A DNA stretch of 64,000 nt from Eledone cirrhosa (lineage: Eukaryota). How positions within the stretch are numbered: the stretch's first letter is position 1; each line of letters begins with the position of its first letter. The position numbers were made by a program, and so were the translations under genes. Under the pieces are notes generated by a model that did no database searches, was not told the origin of the DNA, and was given only the letters and a program-made list of their open reading frames with translations. The stretch is from contig OZ024745.1 in NCBI GenBank assembly GCA_964016885.1, forward strand, positions 58,962,001-59,026,000. The letters run 5' to 3'. Shown one piece after another: positions 27,481 to 41,287 of the stretch.

Positions 27481-27751
27481 ACGAACTTGAACTTACAGTC
27501 AGTAGGCACCTCTTAACCCAATATACACTTTTTTAAAAACGAGTAATATAAAATTCTATACGTCTATTAATATCTTTCACAGTAAAATAGTTTCTCAAGC
27601 TATTCTTGGGTTCCTGTATTATTGACTTATCAAGCCTATTTAAATGTAAGATGTGGTTGAATACTTAAGAACTGGCAGATCAAACAATACAAGTGTTTAA
27701 ACATGAAGGGAAACAAAATAAATCAATATTTACAATTGAATGCATACTTAC

Positions 27752-27846
27752 TTACAAGTGTCTTGATGAATTACCTTGACAGAATAATATGATGAAAAAC
27801 AGCCCAGAATGAAAGACACCGAAGAAACTCCAAGATGGCTTGATAA
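27752..27846 (-). CDS. MS4A-like exon 5: LSSHLGVSSVSFILGCFSSYYSVKVIHQDTC(K) (TM3)
   Basis: Acceptor ..gtgcag after a pyrimidine tract, donor gtaagt, phase 0->2 matching both neighbours. Confidence 0.8.
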
Positions 27847-27970
27847 CTGCACCCATCCAAGAAAAGAAAAAAAAAATGTTTCAAATAGTTTTTTACAAAA
27901 AATGTGAAACATTCACTATGGCTGCTTAGCTTTAAAGAATTGAATAATTCACAGAGGTAATACAACAAAT

Positions 27971-28260
27971 ATGTCAGATCACTCTCGAGTGCTACTGGTA
28001 ACATGTAACCCAATACATCCTGTTACATTGTGAGGTCATCGGTGACTAAACCAGCAAACCCGTCAAGCTTGCTTGCTTGGCGAGGAAGGTGATTTTTGAA
28101 CACCTAACAGGATGAAAAATAAATCCATCAATTTGTAAACTCAGGAGAGTCAACAGCCATCAAATAGTGTGTAAAAAAAGGAACAGGTAGACAGAGCCTA
28201 TTAACCTTGATTGGCACTCTATCTAGGAGAAGGATCACTTTGATTTCAAAACTGGATTAG
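27971..28260 (+). mobile_element. RTE 5' region, diverged copy
   Basis: Homologous to 44338-44536 and 1-478(-). Confidence 0.6.
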
Positions 28261-28900
28261 ATAGAACTCCCTAGTCAGCTTAGTGACAACCTTTCAAGTG
28301 ACCATCAACATCAACCATGTGATAAAGGCAGATGAGCTGCAGCTCAGTAGTCAGCTTCTGAGTAATGGTCAGACAAGGATTCAGGATCCACTAATGTCAC
28401 TTTTTTCCTGATGAGTATCATGAACTTACAACATTGTATTGATGAGCATTGGTACAGTTGTCCATGGCCCCTAACTCTCAGTAATGATTATAGGAACAGA
28501 CAAAACCAATACAACATATACCATGGAGGAAACCAAAGTATGTTTGAATGGAGGAAGGCAAATAAGACATCTGATCATAATGATGATTGAAGCTAGAAAT
28601 AAAGATATTAGTAGATCTGGAAGTGACATAAGTCTGGATATAAATGAAAGTGTGGGTGGTAAGAAGAGGGCAGAGATTGTAAGAAAGACAGAGAGAGAGA
28701 GAAAGAGAAAATGAAAAGGATGAAGGATAAATAGTTACAGACAATAAAAACGAAATACTCAATCATAAGTGAGAAGAGAAGCAGCATAGTATTAGACAAT
28801 TGGTAAATATTAAAGAATAGCAGAAAAATTGTAAAAAAAATGTTTCTGTAAATTTACTACTTTTAAAATAATATAGAAACTAAAAAAAAAGTCAACTCAC

Positions 28901-28957
28901 CGTCAGAACACGCTGCTTGTAAGCAACTATAAGTCCGGTTATTCCTGGAGATACAAA
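28901..28957 (-). CDS. MS4A-like exon 4: FVSPGITGLIVAYKQRVLT
   Basis: Acceptor tctgtttatag, donor gtgagt, phase 0->0. Confidence 0.8.
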
Positions 28958-29412
28958 CTATAAACAGAATAACAAAAGACAATAAGATAAGGATACATAA
29001 CATATTTTAATAGATTGAGGAAAAAGACTTGCAGGCATTTCTACATGGAGAGAGATGACTTTGATTAAATTCACCATGCCATTTGAAAGTAGAATGGAAA
29101 AAGCTCACATCTACAAGACTGAGAAATATGCCAGTCAAGCCAGTAGCCTGAGGGAAGCTGGTTTCTAGACTATAGAGATTGGAGCTAAGTGGAAGGAAGC
29201 CACAGCAGAGGAAGACCAAGAAAGACCTGGATAAAATGGTGAGAGCTGATGACAAAGGAGATGACAAAGGAACACAAAAAGTGGAGAGATGCTCTACTGA
29301 GAAGGACCTGTCCAACCCATGTAAGCATGGAACAATAGATGTCAAATGATGATGATCAAGATAGCACTGAAATTTGATGGACAACCACAAGTGAGAATAT
29401 TGACAAACTTAC

Positions 29413-29498
29413 TAAAAGGCCCGCTACCCAGTTGGCTCCAATTGCTGGTTCCTTCCGATAATGAGACAACTGCGCAATTAGTACTGCAGACACTGCAC
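29413..29498 (-). CDS. MS4A-like exon 3: (G)AVSAVLIAQLSHYRKEPAIGANWVAGLL
   Basis: Acceptor tgtctttccaag, donor gtaagt, phase 1->0. With exon 4 it forms G..W.aG..F..sG..G, typical of CD20/MS4A TM2. Confidence 0.85.
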
Positions 29499-29629
29499 CT
29501 TGGAAAGACAAAGTAAGACAAAGTCATGAAACATGAAACTTGTTATGTATGTATTAGGGACCACAAAGCTGTTTTCATGTTTATGGGTGGTGGTTAATAA
29601 AATAAGCAGACAAACACACAATATATATA

Positions 29630-30290
29630 TATCATCATCATCATCATCATCAACGTTTAACGTCCGTGTTCCACGCTTGCATGGGTTTGGACGGGGGTTT
29701 TCCCACTTGAGGCAAGAGTGATTGTCTTGCTCGCATAGGACTGTCTGGCAGGTTTTCTACAGTTGGATGCCCTTCCTAACACCAACCACATTTACAGTGT
29801 GGGGCTGGGAGGTTTTTACCGTGTTGCCTACACGGCCACATTTACAGCGTGGACTGTGTGTTTTTTTGTCGTGACACCTACACGATCTCATTTGTTTCGG
29901 CCTGGATGGTGTGGCACCAACATAACTTTACATAGAAGGGGGCGGTGTGGATGGGGTGGGGGTGGTGGGACGGGGGTGTATTTTGTTAGAGATGCCTACT
30001 GACTGTAGTAGGTTTTACTTTGTATTTAGGTAAGGTGGGTCTTCTCTATTACTGAGTACCGCCAAAGGTCTCGGTCCAGTGACATTGTCTTGGTGAGGTG
30101 TAAGTGTGTGAGGTCGGAGTTTATCAGCTCGTCCCAGGTTTTTCTGGGTCTGCCTATTCCGTGGCTACCGTCTATCTTTATTGCCCTGCACTTTGTTATA
30201 CAGCTATCGTCCTTCATGCGCATCACGTGACCATACCAACGTAGCCTTCTCTCTAGTAAACAACATCTGATCCCTCTTATTTCTAATTTT
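29630..30290 (-). mobile_element. RTE LINE 3' end, near-identical to 61440-62100
   Basis: (GAT)n tail, 3'UTR and C-terminal ORF 30026-30226. Confidence 0.9.
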
Positions 30291-30461
30291 TTATATATGT
30301 ATATATATTAGATATATATATCATCATCATCATCATCATCATCATTGTTTAACGTCTATTTTCCATGCTAGCATGGGTTAGATGGGTTTGTCTCATTTAG
30401 GGGCAAGTTGGGTCAGGTGACCATATCTCGCTCATAATATATATATATGTGTGTATGTATG

Positions 30462-30495
<34 letters not shown>

Positions 30496-30546
30496 CTAAT
30501 TTAAAGGATCATAACATATACAATATGTATGATCATTATGTTTCTC

Positions 30547-30733
30547 AGGTGGATTGGCAGTATCGGTAGAGAGTCGGACGCCATGCTTTCCAGCATAGTT
30601 ACGTCCCTTTGCAGTCTGAGTTCAAATCCCGCCGAGGTTAACTTTGCCTTTCATCCTTACGGGGTCGATAAAATAAAGTACCAGTAATGTACTGGGTAAT
30701 TGCTGGCCTTGTGCCTAAAGTAGAAACAATTAT
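30547..30733 (+). mobile_element. SINE family A
   Basis: TSD ATTATGTTTCTCAG. Confidence 0.88.
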
Positions 30734-30949
30734 GTTTCTCAGTGAAAAAGCTCAATAGGTGTTTGTCCAGAGCATCAATAATTTAAATTTATTAAAAAAA
30801 TATATGTATACAGTCATATATCATTAGAGAAACATATAGTATTCTGTATGTATATATAAAAAAACATATAATATTTAGGAAACACCATATGTTTTAAGGT
30901 GGAAAAACTAAAATTCCTTACAGCGCTGTTTCATATCTCCTAGAATTAA

Positions 30950-31440
30950 TCCAACATCATTGGATGCCATCGAAGTCGCAGGTTTTATATCAGAATGACC
31001 TTCTCCTAGAGAAATGTCTTAATGAAGACTAGGAGTCTCTCACTCCACAAAAATAAAAATTTATTGGATGATTGTTGACTCTCCTGAATTCCTTCTTTCT
31101 TTGACAGGTTTTGTTCATCATCCTGTAAGGTGCCAAAAAAATCCCTCCTTACCAAGCAACCTTGGTGGGGTTGCCGGTTTAGTCGCCAATGACCCGATCT
31201 TGCACAGGTTGTACTGGGTTACACGTTACCAGTAGCACTGAAGAGTATACATGATGGCTGCCCCCTCACTATCGAGTATGGCCATTGCACGATATAACAT
31301 TATTAATAATTATTAATTAATGTTACTGTGCAATGCCTGTGAGTGAAGATTTTTTTTTAAGTGAGGAAAGACTGTGCACTGAGCCAATCCCACTCTCTGG
31401 GCAACAGTAGCTATAACCCAAAAAGAAGAAAAGATCAACA
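30950..31440 (-). mobile_element. RTE 5' region, rearranged diverged copy
   Basis: 30950-31240 matches ~180-460 and 31330-31440 matches ~79-185. Confidence 0.55.
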
Positions 31441-34010
31441 TATACATACATACATGCATGCATGGAAAAATGGACATTAAACGATGATGATGATGATACA
31501 TACATAATGAGAGAGAGAGACAGAGACAGAAAGAAAGAGAGAGACCTATTAAGTGAGGAGAAAAAAGGAAAGATGAAGAAAATTCATCAAAAACAAAATA
31601 ATTAAGCCTCACTAAAGTTTCTAAATATATTTGCAATTAATATTAGTCACTTGTGACACTTTTAAAGCTAATTATTAAGAAGTCGTTTGTTTATCTCTGT
31701 CATGGATAATACCATGTTATTTATCTATTGAAGTAAGATATTATTAAGACAATATCACCAATATCTATCTTAACATTTCTCTCTCTCTCACACCTCTCTC
31801 TCTCTCTCTCCCTCCCACACACACACACACAATAGTAATATTTGTTTATAATGTATATCTGTTTTAAATACTTTCAATCTTTGCACACATCTTAGACATG
31901 CCTGGCTGATGGTATTTCTGTGTCTGTAGATTTTATTCTGATCCAACAATATCACTTCTCCTGGTAGTAGAGCCATGCCAAAGATTTCTGGGAGTTGACC
32001 ATAATCCCCTTGAATATCTTGCATTTTTTTTTGGGGGGGGGGGGGGGGGTCTAGCTCTTTATGTTCTGGGTTCAAATCCCACTGAAGTCAACTTTATCTT
32101 TCATCCTTTTGAGGTTGATATATAAAGTACCAGTCAAGTACTGGGGATGATATAAATCAAGTGACTGATTATACTCAAAGCAATTCCAAAAGCATTTTTA
32201 TTTTTTACTATTTTAGTCAGGTTGGAAACTGGAGACCTGGTCTAAAGGCATCTATGAGAGTGCACTCCACTAAAGGCACCCAAGAGCCAGATGCTGGTGT
32301 AAAACTGGTCAATGTATTAAGTCTTATCATTTGAACATTTTACTCTTTATGACAAATTCAAAATATGGTGCCTCAATTTTATGAATCAGATAAACAAAAG
32401 AAAAACCTTTTAGTGGCCAATTTTTTTTCTAAGGAATATAACAAAGAGAGACAATACATTGAAAATGTGAGAAATATAAAAAAGAAACTGTCATGCAGTC
32501 AATGACACTATAGTAAATCAATCAAATGAGCAAAATCCCACTATCAATGCAGCACATGTCAAAATATAATAACATTTGTGAATAAATTTGTGAAAAAGCC
32601 AAAACTACAAGGGAGTCCCCTTGTATTAGATTCTCTGATCTCATTGCTGTGTGCAGCTAAGCAGTAATTGGAAAACTTCCAAGCATTGATTGCTTGAAAA
32701 GAGCAATGAGAAATTTCAGATTTAAAAAGAATGAAAGATCCAGCCTCCTACTTTATCGAAAAAATATAAATTTTCTTCAAGATTTTACAAAGTTGTCAAG
32801 GAAAAATTTTTTTTTTTTGTTTTGTTTTTTTTTTTGTTCTGTTGATTGTGAAAATAATGAAAACCACATATCTTTGCAACAAAACAAAATTCTTAATTCT
32901 TGTTGAAATCCAATCACTGGTATGCACCTGAAATCTTCAAATCAGTGTTGTTATAACTTTATCAATTATAGAAACTGCATGGATTAGAAAAAAATGCATC
33001 CATCTCTTTCAGTTATCTGACAAATCAGCACAAACTTTTAAAATATTACTGGAAAATACCAAAAAATGTTGTCCTACTCTAAGCCCTTTATCAGGAACAA
33101 CAGATTATGAGGCAATTATTAAAGCTTGCAATCAGGTTTTTTCCCAACACAAATCAGTGAGGATTTTTATTTTGTTTATGTTGGGGGCTGCTTTTCCCAA
33201 TCATCTTGCATACTATTCAATTGATTTAAAACAAAAGTGTGAAGCACATGCAGAATGGATGCCTAAACATGTAATCATAGAAGAATTGATCAAAAATATT
33301 TGATAGAGATATACCTCCAGAGAAAGCAGTTATTGATGGTTTTGAGGATACATAGAGATGTTATGGTGTTGACCAAAATAATTTCTACATCAAAGATTGA
33401 ATTTAAGGTCTTTGGTTTTACTCTTTTACTGGTCTCAGTCATTAGATTGTGGCCAAGCTGTCATGCCATCATGATTTTAGTCAATTATATCAATCCCAGT
33501 ACTTATTTTTTCAAGTCTGGTACTTATTTTATTGATTTTATTTTGATAATGAAATGTGGAATGTATATGATCCAGTCTTACTTAAAACCATCAATTCCTT
33601 TGAAAGCTACATTGGGGTTTTTAAGTTCAGTTAACTGCTTAGACTACCACCAAAAGATTTGTAGATTCATAGAATGCTTTAAAGAGCACAAAGTTTAAAG
33701 AATATATTGAGCTAAAGTTAAACAATATATTGCAGTTGAAGAGTGTTTTTTAAAGAGATGCAAACATTGCAACTGCACCAAAGGAATAAAAGAGCTTCTT
33801 GAGAACTACAACCTTAATGAGTATACTATTCCATATTTAAGAGGATTTAACCCATAACATCACATTTTGAAAATTCATTCAAAGTTTTGTCAATGTTTTC
33901 ATATTTTAAATATATATTTTGAAGGAAATAAGTATATACATTTTATTTGTGAACTATTTATTGAAATTATGATATTAATTAACAATTTGCCATTGGTAAA
34001 TATGTGGAAT

Positions 34011-34095
34011 GGTTAATATGTGAATCAGTTAATATGTGAATCGGTTAATATGTGAATCAGTTAATATGTGAATCGGTTAATATGTGAATCAGTTA
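34011..34095. repeat. 16-bp minisatellite RGTTAATATGTGAATC x5 with alternating G/A
   Basis: Seen directly. Confidence 0.9.
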
Positions 34096-34577
34096 GTTGT
34101 TTTTAGGTGAATTTGGTAATTAATGGGCTGTTGGTAGGTGTATTTTTAGTTCAGGAATTCTCTTTTTGTCAGTTTAAATACATGTTCAGGTATAATTACG
34201 ATGTCAGTACGTACATACATACTTGTAAACACATACATCCACAAACATACATACAAACATGGGCACACATACATGCACACACACATACACACCCACACAT
34301 ATATACATGCATACATACATACATACATACAGTAAAGAAACACTGAGAAAGATTGGGACAGAGGTGGTTAGAACTAATCTCAAAATACTGAACCTCACAG
34401 AGGAGATGGCAAAGACTGCAAATGGAGGGAAGATGTCCAATCCTTGGAAAAGCAGGTGTAAAATTTTGATGATGATGATGATGATATGCACACACACACA
34501 CACACACTCACTCATGTACTAAATAGATGTGTCCACCCTTAATATGAATGTAATTACACATGCCTACTACACAATAA

Positions 34578-34860
34578 GGTGGTGGCGTCTAACCTAGTAG
34601 TTAATGTGTTGGACTTACAATCATAATGAGGTGGGTTTGATTCCTGGGCCAAGTTATGTGTTGTGTTCTTGAGCAAAATGCTTCATTTCACATTGCTCCA
34701 GTATACTCAGCTAAAAATGAGTACCAGTAATAGCTGGAGATTTAATCCTGTGATGAACTGGCGTCCTGTCCATGGGACAAGTCTTGTACTCTCAGTCACT
34801 TAATGCTATAAAAACCAGAATAAGCACCAAGCTGATGAAACTCTGAGCTCAAGACAGACT
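34578..34860 (+). mobile_element. Diverged tRNA-SINE with family B head and core
   Basis: TTCTTGAGCAAAATGCTTCATTTCACATTGCTCCAG core; different tail. Confidence 0.6.
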
Positions 34861-35132
34861 TTGGACTGTTTTAAGCTACACAATAACTCATAAATACCCT
34901 GAACTGTTTTGTGTCTTGATGACAAAAAGACACCTTGACACCTTGGACAGTGAACAGTTTGAATGCTGCTAAGAACTTAAATAAATCTAAATTAACACAT
35001 ACATATGTGTATATGTGAATATGTGTGGTAAGTGATGAGTGTGGTGAGTGTGTATTTAGTGTGTGAATATGTGTGGTGTGTATGGTGTGTATAGTAGTAG
35101 TAGTATCATTATTAACACATTTTAACACATTT

Positions 35133-35325
35133 AGGCGCTGGATTGGCAATATTGGTAGAGGGTTGAATGCCATGCTTTGCAGCATAGAGTTACACCATTT
35201 TACGGTCTGAGTTCAAATCCCGCCGAGGTTAACTTTGAATTTTATCCTTACGGGATCGATAAAATGAAGCAGCAGTAATGCGCTGGGATAATTGCTGGCC
35301 TTGTGCCAAAAGTAGAAACAATTAT
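35133..35325 (+). mobile_element. SINE family A
   Basis: TSD ATTATTAACACATTTT. Confidence 0.85.
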
Positions 35326-35517
35326 TAACACATTTTCATGACTGGCACCATGAATCGACTTGCACTATATTTTTGGCAATAATATCCATCAGTTATGACA
35401 CCTTTTAATCATAGGTCAATCACACTATTTTTTTTCTTTTTTAGTCCCATAATATGAAGATAGCATTACAAGTTAATTAACTGCTTGAATTGATAATCTG
35501 GGAGTTTATATTAACAT

Positions 35518-35828
35518 GAAGTTAATATAAAGAGTAGTGCACTCATGCAGGGAGATGTTATAAAATAGCTTATAAAATAGAGTGAAGACCCTTAAAGATG
35601 GAAAAAGAAGTTACCATTGACTTCTCGAGGAATTTCCCAAACACTGGCTAGGCACTTTGAACCATTAGGCATAGCCACCAATGTCAACTTCTTTTTTCAT
35701 CATTAAGGGTTTCACACTATTTTATAAGCTATCCTATAGCATCTCAATGCATGAGCACACCACTCTTTATATCAACTTTATCCTATCAGCACTTTGTAAA
35801 AGTTTGAGAGTTTGGCTACGTATATACA
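35518..35828. repeat. Foldback element (~100-bp arms), same family as 20088-20318
   Basis: Arms ~35519-35620 and ~35679-35779, plus shared tail. Confidence 0.65.
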
Positions 35829-36959
35829 ATGTCTTATTAATATATATGTCATATTGGTTGATAAATATAGAAATTGAGTATGTAATATTGTTTTATCATT
35901 CTGAATTCCATTAGCATTAATCCAAAAGCTCTAAGTGAATGCCACAAGATTATAAGATTTTGAAAGCTATAAATGGTGTTTATGGACAAATACATGATAG
36001 ATGGATATGTTGGTTTGTTTCATTGATTTAAATATAGGTTGACAGATTAAACTATTAAGCTTTTGGTATCTATTGTAGTTCATTGAGAAATGGCAACTCA
36101 CTTCAGCTTCAAACCAAGCATATGGTAGCAAGATCTACTAGAAATATCAGCCAAATCTCTGTCATGCTGTCTATAAAAAGAAAGAAGTACTCATTAGATA
36201 ATAGAGTCCTAGATGTTCTATAATTGGAGATAGAAATGTGGTGTGATTATGGTTTGAATGCCCTTCATCAAACGTTTGCTTAATCATAACTGACTTGGGG
36301 CTTAAACAACAACAGCAGTAACATTGATAATGGTAATGACAACTAAGCAGACTAGCAACCAAATAACTGAAATAAACAAAGAATCTAGAACAGTGATTAT
36401 TTCAACATGCAGTTGACCCGTTTGTATAGTTCTATAATTAATTCTGTGAAGTAAGTTTAGGTCTTGTGTCAAGTATTACATGTATTTATATGGTAAATGA
36501 TAGTTAAGACTTAAAGCATGAATAAAATGTTTAAAACAAAACATTCAAAATGTTTCTCAAGAGAATATCAAGCACTGGATTATGGCACCTGCCTCAAAGA
36601 TTTGTGCAGTTCTTGAAATTTCTTTAAAATAAAACCTGATTTTGAATGAAAGACTTGATTTTGTGCTGTTTTTTGCCAAACAATAATAATAATAATAAAA
36701 CACAGACAAATACATAACCAAAACCCCAGATAGCACTACTAGGCACTGTACACATATTATAAAAAGTACTATCAATACAATAGAAACAACATCATCAAAA
36801 ACTACACTGCTCATACCCAAGGGACTCAGAGCTGTGTTCAGTAAAGCAGTAATACTGCGAAATAAAAATAATAATAGAAATAGTAATAATAATAAGAAGA
36901 AGAAACAGTTTCAGTACCAACAGGTAGTGATCTGTTGAACTGTTTAATGATAAACTTAC

Positions 36960-37089
36960 CAAAAAAGGCTGCCAAAGATGAAATAATTCCAATGAATAAG
37001 GCATACCATAGTCTAACATCCTTCCTGAGATGTAAAGCCAATCTTTCTTGTTCCACCATCTTGTTTGGTTTGTTTAGGAAACAATTTCT
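36960..37089 (-). CDS. MS4A-like exon 2: RNCFLNKPNKMVEQERLALHLRKDVRLWYALFIGIISSLAAFF(G) (TM1)
   Basis: Acceptor gatttcag, donor G|gtaagt, phase 0->1. Confidence 0.82.
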
Positions 37090-37784
37090 CTGAAATCCAG
37101 TGAACAGCTTTTACTGATCTCAATATTATAGTTTATTGTTTAAACTTGATTTGTTTCTTCATGAAAATCTTGTTTCACTTTGTTTCTGTAGTGTTTTGTT
37201 TGTTATTGTTATGGTTATTTAGTACCAGATCAGCACTGATAGAGCAGATATGTAATCAAAAGCGTTCCATTTGTGACCATCCCCATCTTTATTTAGACGA
37301 AGTTTACGCTGGATTACAATTATCGAATGTGTTTATTTCAATTTATTTTTTCTTGTTATTTTCTTATTTCTTAAGGTAGTAAGTAGAATGTGTATAATTT
37401 GAGAGATATTTATTAACTACTAATGATCAGCTACTATTTCTAGCAACCTTTGAGTCACTATGTAAGGCACATCTTGTTGTTCCTCATATTAATAGTGTTG
37501 ATTATTATCATTATAATATTGCACTGTGTGTTGTGTTTCTTCTTCTTTTGATATAGTAATATTAATGCTGTTTGTCTTTGTTGCAATTGTTAGTTCTGTT
37601 TTGTTCAACTATAATTGTAGCTATAAATGTAGTCAGTCAAAGCAGAAGTCAATGATTTCTTGTTCACAAAACTGAATTCTTAGTGTTGTTGGTTGTTTGG
37701 TTTGTCTTATATACTTTATTGCTTCTATAGTGGTGACAGGTGATGCAATGATAAGGTTTCTCTTGCCATTAGTGGTTTGTATGT

Positions 37785-38845
37785 GTGTGTGGTGGTTGTA
37801 GTAGTGGCTGTGGTGCTAATGGTGGGGAACATAATGGTGGTGGTAGTGCTGATGGTTGTGGTGCTGGTTGTGGTAGTGGTACTGGTGGTGCTGGCGCTGG
37901 TGGTTGTGGTGGTGGTGGTGGTGTTGGTGCTGGTGGTGGTGGTGGTGTTGGTGCTGGTGCTGGTGGTGCTGGTGGTTGTGGTAATGATGGTTGTGCTGGT
38001 AGTGGTGGTGGTGCTGGTGGTGCTGGTGCTGGTGGTGCTGGTGGTTGTGGTAATGGTGGTTGTGCTGGTAGTGGTGGTGGTGCTGATGGTGCTGGTGCTG
38101 GTGCTGATGGTGCTGGTGCTGGTGCTGGTGCTGATGGTTGTGGTGGTGTTGGTGGTGGTGCTGGTGGTTGTGGTAATGATGGTTGTGCTGGTAGTGGTGG
38201 TGGTGGTGTTGGTGCTGGTGCTGGTGGTGCTGGTGGTTGTGGTAATGATGGTTGTGCTGGTAGTGGTGGTGGTGGTGTTGGTGCTGGTGCTGGTGGTGCT
38301 GGTGGTTGTGCTGGTAGTGGTGGTGGTGCTGGTGGTGCTGGTGCAGGTGGTTGTGGTGGTGTTGGTGGTGCTGGTGCTGGTGCTGGTGGTTGTGGTAATG
38401 GTGCTGGTGCTGGTTGTGGTAGTGGTACTGGTGGTGGTGGTGGTGGTTATGGTTGTGGTGGTGCTGGTGCTGATGCTGGTGGTAATGGTGGTTGTGCTGG
38501 TAGTGGTGGTGGTGCTGGTGCTGGTAGTGGTGGTGGTGGTGGTGCTGCTGGTGGTGGTGCTGGTGCTGGTAGTGGTGGTGGTGCTGCTGGTGGTGGTGCT
38601 GGTGGTGGTGCTGGTGCTGGTAGTGGTGGTGGTGGTGGTGGTGCTGGTGCTGGTGGTTGTGGTGGTGGTGGTTGTGGTGGTGGTGGTTGTGGTGGTGGTG
38701 GTGGTGGTGGTGGTTGTGGTAGTGGTGATGGTGTTGGTGTTGGTGCTGGTGCTGCTGAACATGGTGGTGGTGGTTGTGGTAGTGGTGGTTGTACTGGTAG
38801 TGGGGGTTGTGGTGCTGGTTGTGGTGGTGGTGCTGGTGTTGTGAA
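37785..38845. repeat. Complex (GGT/GCT/TGT)n trinucleotide repeat in MS4A-like intron 1
   Basis: Low complexity; open in several frames on both strands. Confidence 0.9.
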
Positions 38846-40494
38846 GTTCATTACTGCAATCTTTCTAACAATAGATATCAATCTTCTTGGTGTTATTGAT
38901 ATGATATTGTATTGTATTGTGTTGTTGTTATCACTTTTGTTATTGTTGTTATTGCTGCTGTAGTAGTAGTTGTTGATGTTATTGTTGTTGCTGTTCTAGT
39001 GGTAGTTGTTGCTGTTGTTGTCATCGTTGTTATTGTTGTTGTTGTTGTTGTAGTAGTAGTTGTTTCTTTTGTTGTTTAGCTCTACATCAGCTCAGATTGA
39101 GTAGACTGATGATGGTCAAAGGTGTTGCAGCCATGACCATCCAATTTTTTGGTGGAGGGTATACCAAGGACTACATTGTCCAAAGTGTCCTTTCTACTTT
39201 TTATTTTCATATGGTTGAGTGTTATGTGAGGGAGATTTAGTGATTATTTCTAGCAAGTTATTGACCACATAGAGGATCTCTCAATAATTCCTGATACAAT
39301 ATAGTGTTAATGATTTAAGCATTTTTATCATTGATATGATGTCAGTGCTGTTGTGGGGGTGGGAGAAGTTATTAACCCTTTACCACTTACATTACTCTAT
39401 ATTTATCTCACATAATATCGAATCTATGAGATTTTGATATTGTTTATTTTGAGAACAATACCTTAACATCAGTGTGAGCAGCTGGTTATGGCCGGTTTGA
39501 ACAGAAAGAGGTGACTCCCCCCCCCCCCCACCCCCACACACACACACACTTTTTAGGAACAGGGGACAAACCATCTTTTGTCCCCCTTACTTTTTCCCAA
39601 TTAAAAAACAAAGAAAATCCCACTAACAAGTCATACATATGTATAACACATATTTTTACATGTTTATTTATGTACATATATTTATATGAATATATATAGA
39701 CCCTAAGTTGTAATCAGTATTGAACTTTGTTCGTTCGATATTTATATCCATTTGCTAAAAATTAAAAAAGATCAACCCATCAAAAATTTGAATGAGAATT
39801 GTATAACATTTGTATATGTATTTGTCTCACTAAGTGAATATAGATAAATAAACAATACATTGTTTATCAAACTCACAATGGAAATGCAAATAATTTTATT
39901 TTCTACTCTTGAATTTCAGCTGCTCCTGTTTTTCCGTTGTATATAATATCCTCAATTGTTAACGTCTCAGACAACATTTTCATTGATCACGACACATAAA
40001 ACCCATCACCTTTTTTCAAGTGAGCTTTTTCTGCACACACACACACACAGACAGACAGAGGAGATAACGAAGGACCGTGACAGGTGGAGAGTTGCTGTGC
40101 TGAATAGGACCCGGCCCACCCTTGTAAGCAGGGAAAAGCGGACGTAAAATGATGATGATGTCTTATTACTTTTTCTTGGGATTAATTTACATTTAGGACA
40201 TTTTAAGAATTAATATAGATATTATCTTCATAATATAAAACTAACATCACAATTTTAGAGATTTGTTGTAGAGTTAAATCTTAAATATTTTCTTTTTGAT
40301 AAAGAGCTTTTTCGAAGATAGTTCAATCAGAAAGAGTCCGTTTGCAATACTAATATGCTCCTTTTAGCAATACTAACATGTTCCTTTAAGAATCAATAAA
40401 TGTTGATTCGTCCCCCTCACATTTTTAAGACAAACGAGGCTCCTGCATACATATCTACATACATACATATGTGTGTGTGTGTGCACAGTCAACA

Positions 40495-40838
40495 TCATCA
40501 TTTTTTCATCATCATTTTACGTCTGCTTTTCCCTGCTTGCAAGGGTGGGATGGAAACTGATTCTGGCTTGATTTCTACAGCTGGATGCCCTTCCTAACAC
40601 CAACCTCATTTACAGTGAGTGCTGGGTGCTTTTTTGCCGTGGCACCTCCACGACCACTTTGCAGTGGAATGATAGGGACCCCAGTCCCTATCATCTCATT
40701 TCTACAGCTGAGTAAACTGGAACAATGTGAAATAAAGTGTCTTGCTCAAGGAAACAACACATCACCCGGTCTGAAAATTGAACTCACAACCTTTCGATTG
40801 CAAGGCCAATGCTCTAACCACTAAGCCATGTGCCTCCA
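40495..40838 (-). mobile_element. SINE family B
   Basis: Reverse complement of the 25277-25588 type. Confidence 0.85.
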
Positions 40839-41236
40839 AAATATATTTCTACATGTGTATGAGTGTATTTGTATATGTATTTGTGTACATGTATATGTGA
40901 GAGGGAAAGACAGAGAGGGAGAGTGAGAGAGAGAAATTGTTGAATGTAATTAGCTAGTCACATGGAAAAAGAATTGAAATGAGATTATCTGATCAAATTA
41001 AACACAATGTCATATTCAATTTCTTGTCACCTTTTCATCTTTTGTTTTTGTTTTGTCCTAATTCTTTCTTATCTTTCTTGGCCAATTATTATCCATATTA
41101 CACTCATCATAATCATCATCATCGTTTAACAGCCATTTTTCCACACTATTTTTAGTTATTTATTTTCCAAATAAAGATATCAGTTTGAAACAAACCAATC
41201 ATTCAATATAACTGAAAAGGTGAATGTCTTGCTTAC

Positions 41237-41287
41237 ATAAAACATCCAAGCCAGCCGAGAGGCAGGAGTAGATTGTCTGGTTGACAT
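41237..41287 (-). CDS. MS4A-like putative first coding exon: MSTRQSTPASRLAWMFY
   Basis: ATG with upstream in-frame TAG, donor gtaagc, phase 0 joins exon 2. An acceptor tgtttag near 41403 suggests a further 5'UTR exon. Confidence 0.6.

Noticed and set aside
28435-28570. Hydrophobic candidate exon for TM3
   Set aside because: Stops in all three frames between acceptor and donor; 27752-27846 fits instead.
30922-31010. Possible MS4A-like exon ending in a gtaagg donor (MASNDVGLILGDMKQR)
   Set aside because: Largely homologous to the RTE 5' repeat at ~180-260; exon 36960-37089 supplies TM1 in the correct phase.
34011-34095. Short regular repeats resembling a CRISPR array (also 50541-50620)
   Set aside because: No unique spacers; eukaryotic minisatellites.
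37725-38963. Long Gly-rich, Thr-rich, Val-rich and Pro-rich ORFs (structural or mucin-like protein?)
   Set aside because: Degenerate GGT/GCT trinucleotide repeat open in several frames, grading into (GTT)n, inside an intron, with no signal peptide or unique domain.
39372-39600. TTAACCC piggyBac-like terminus (also near 60746)
   Set aside because: No partner TIR or transposase identified.
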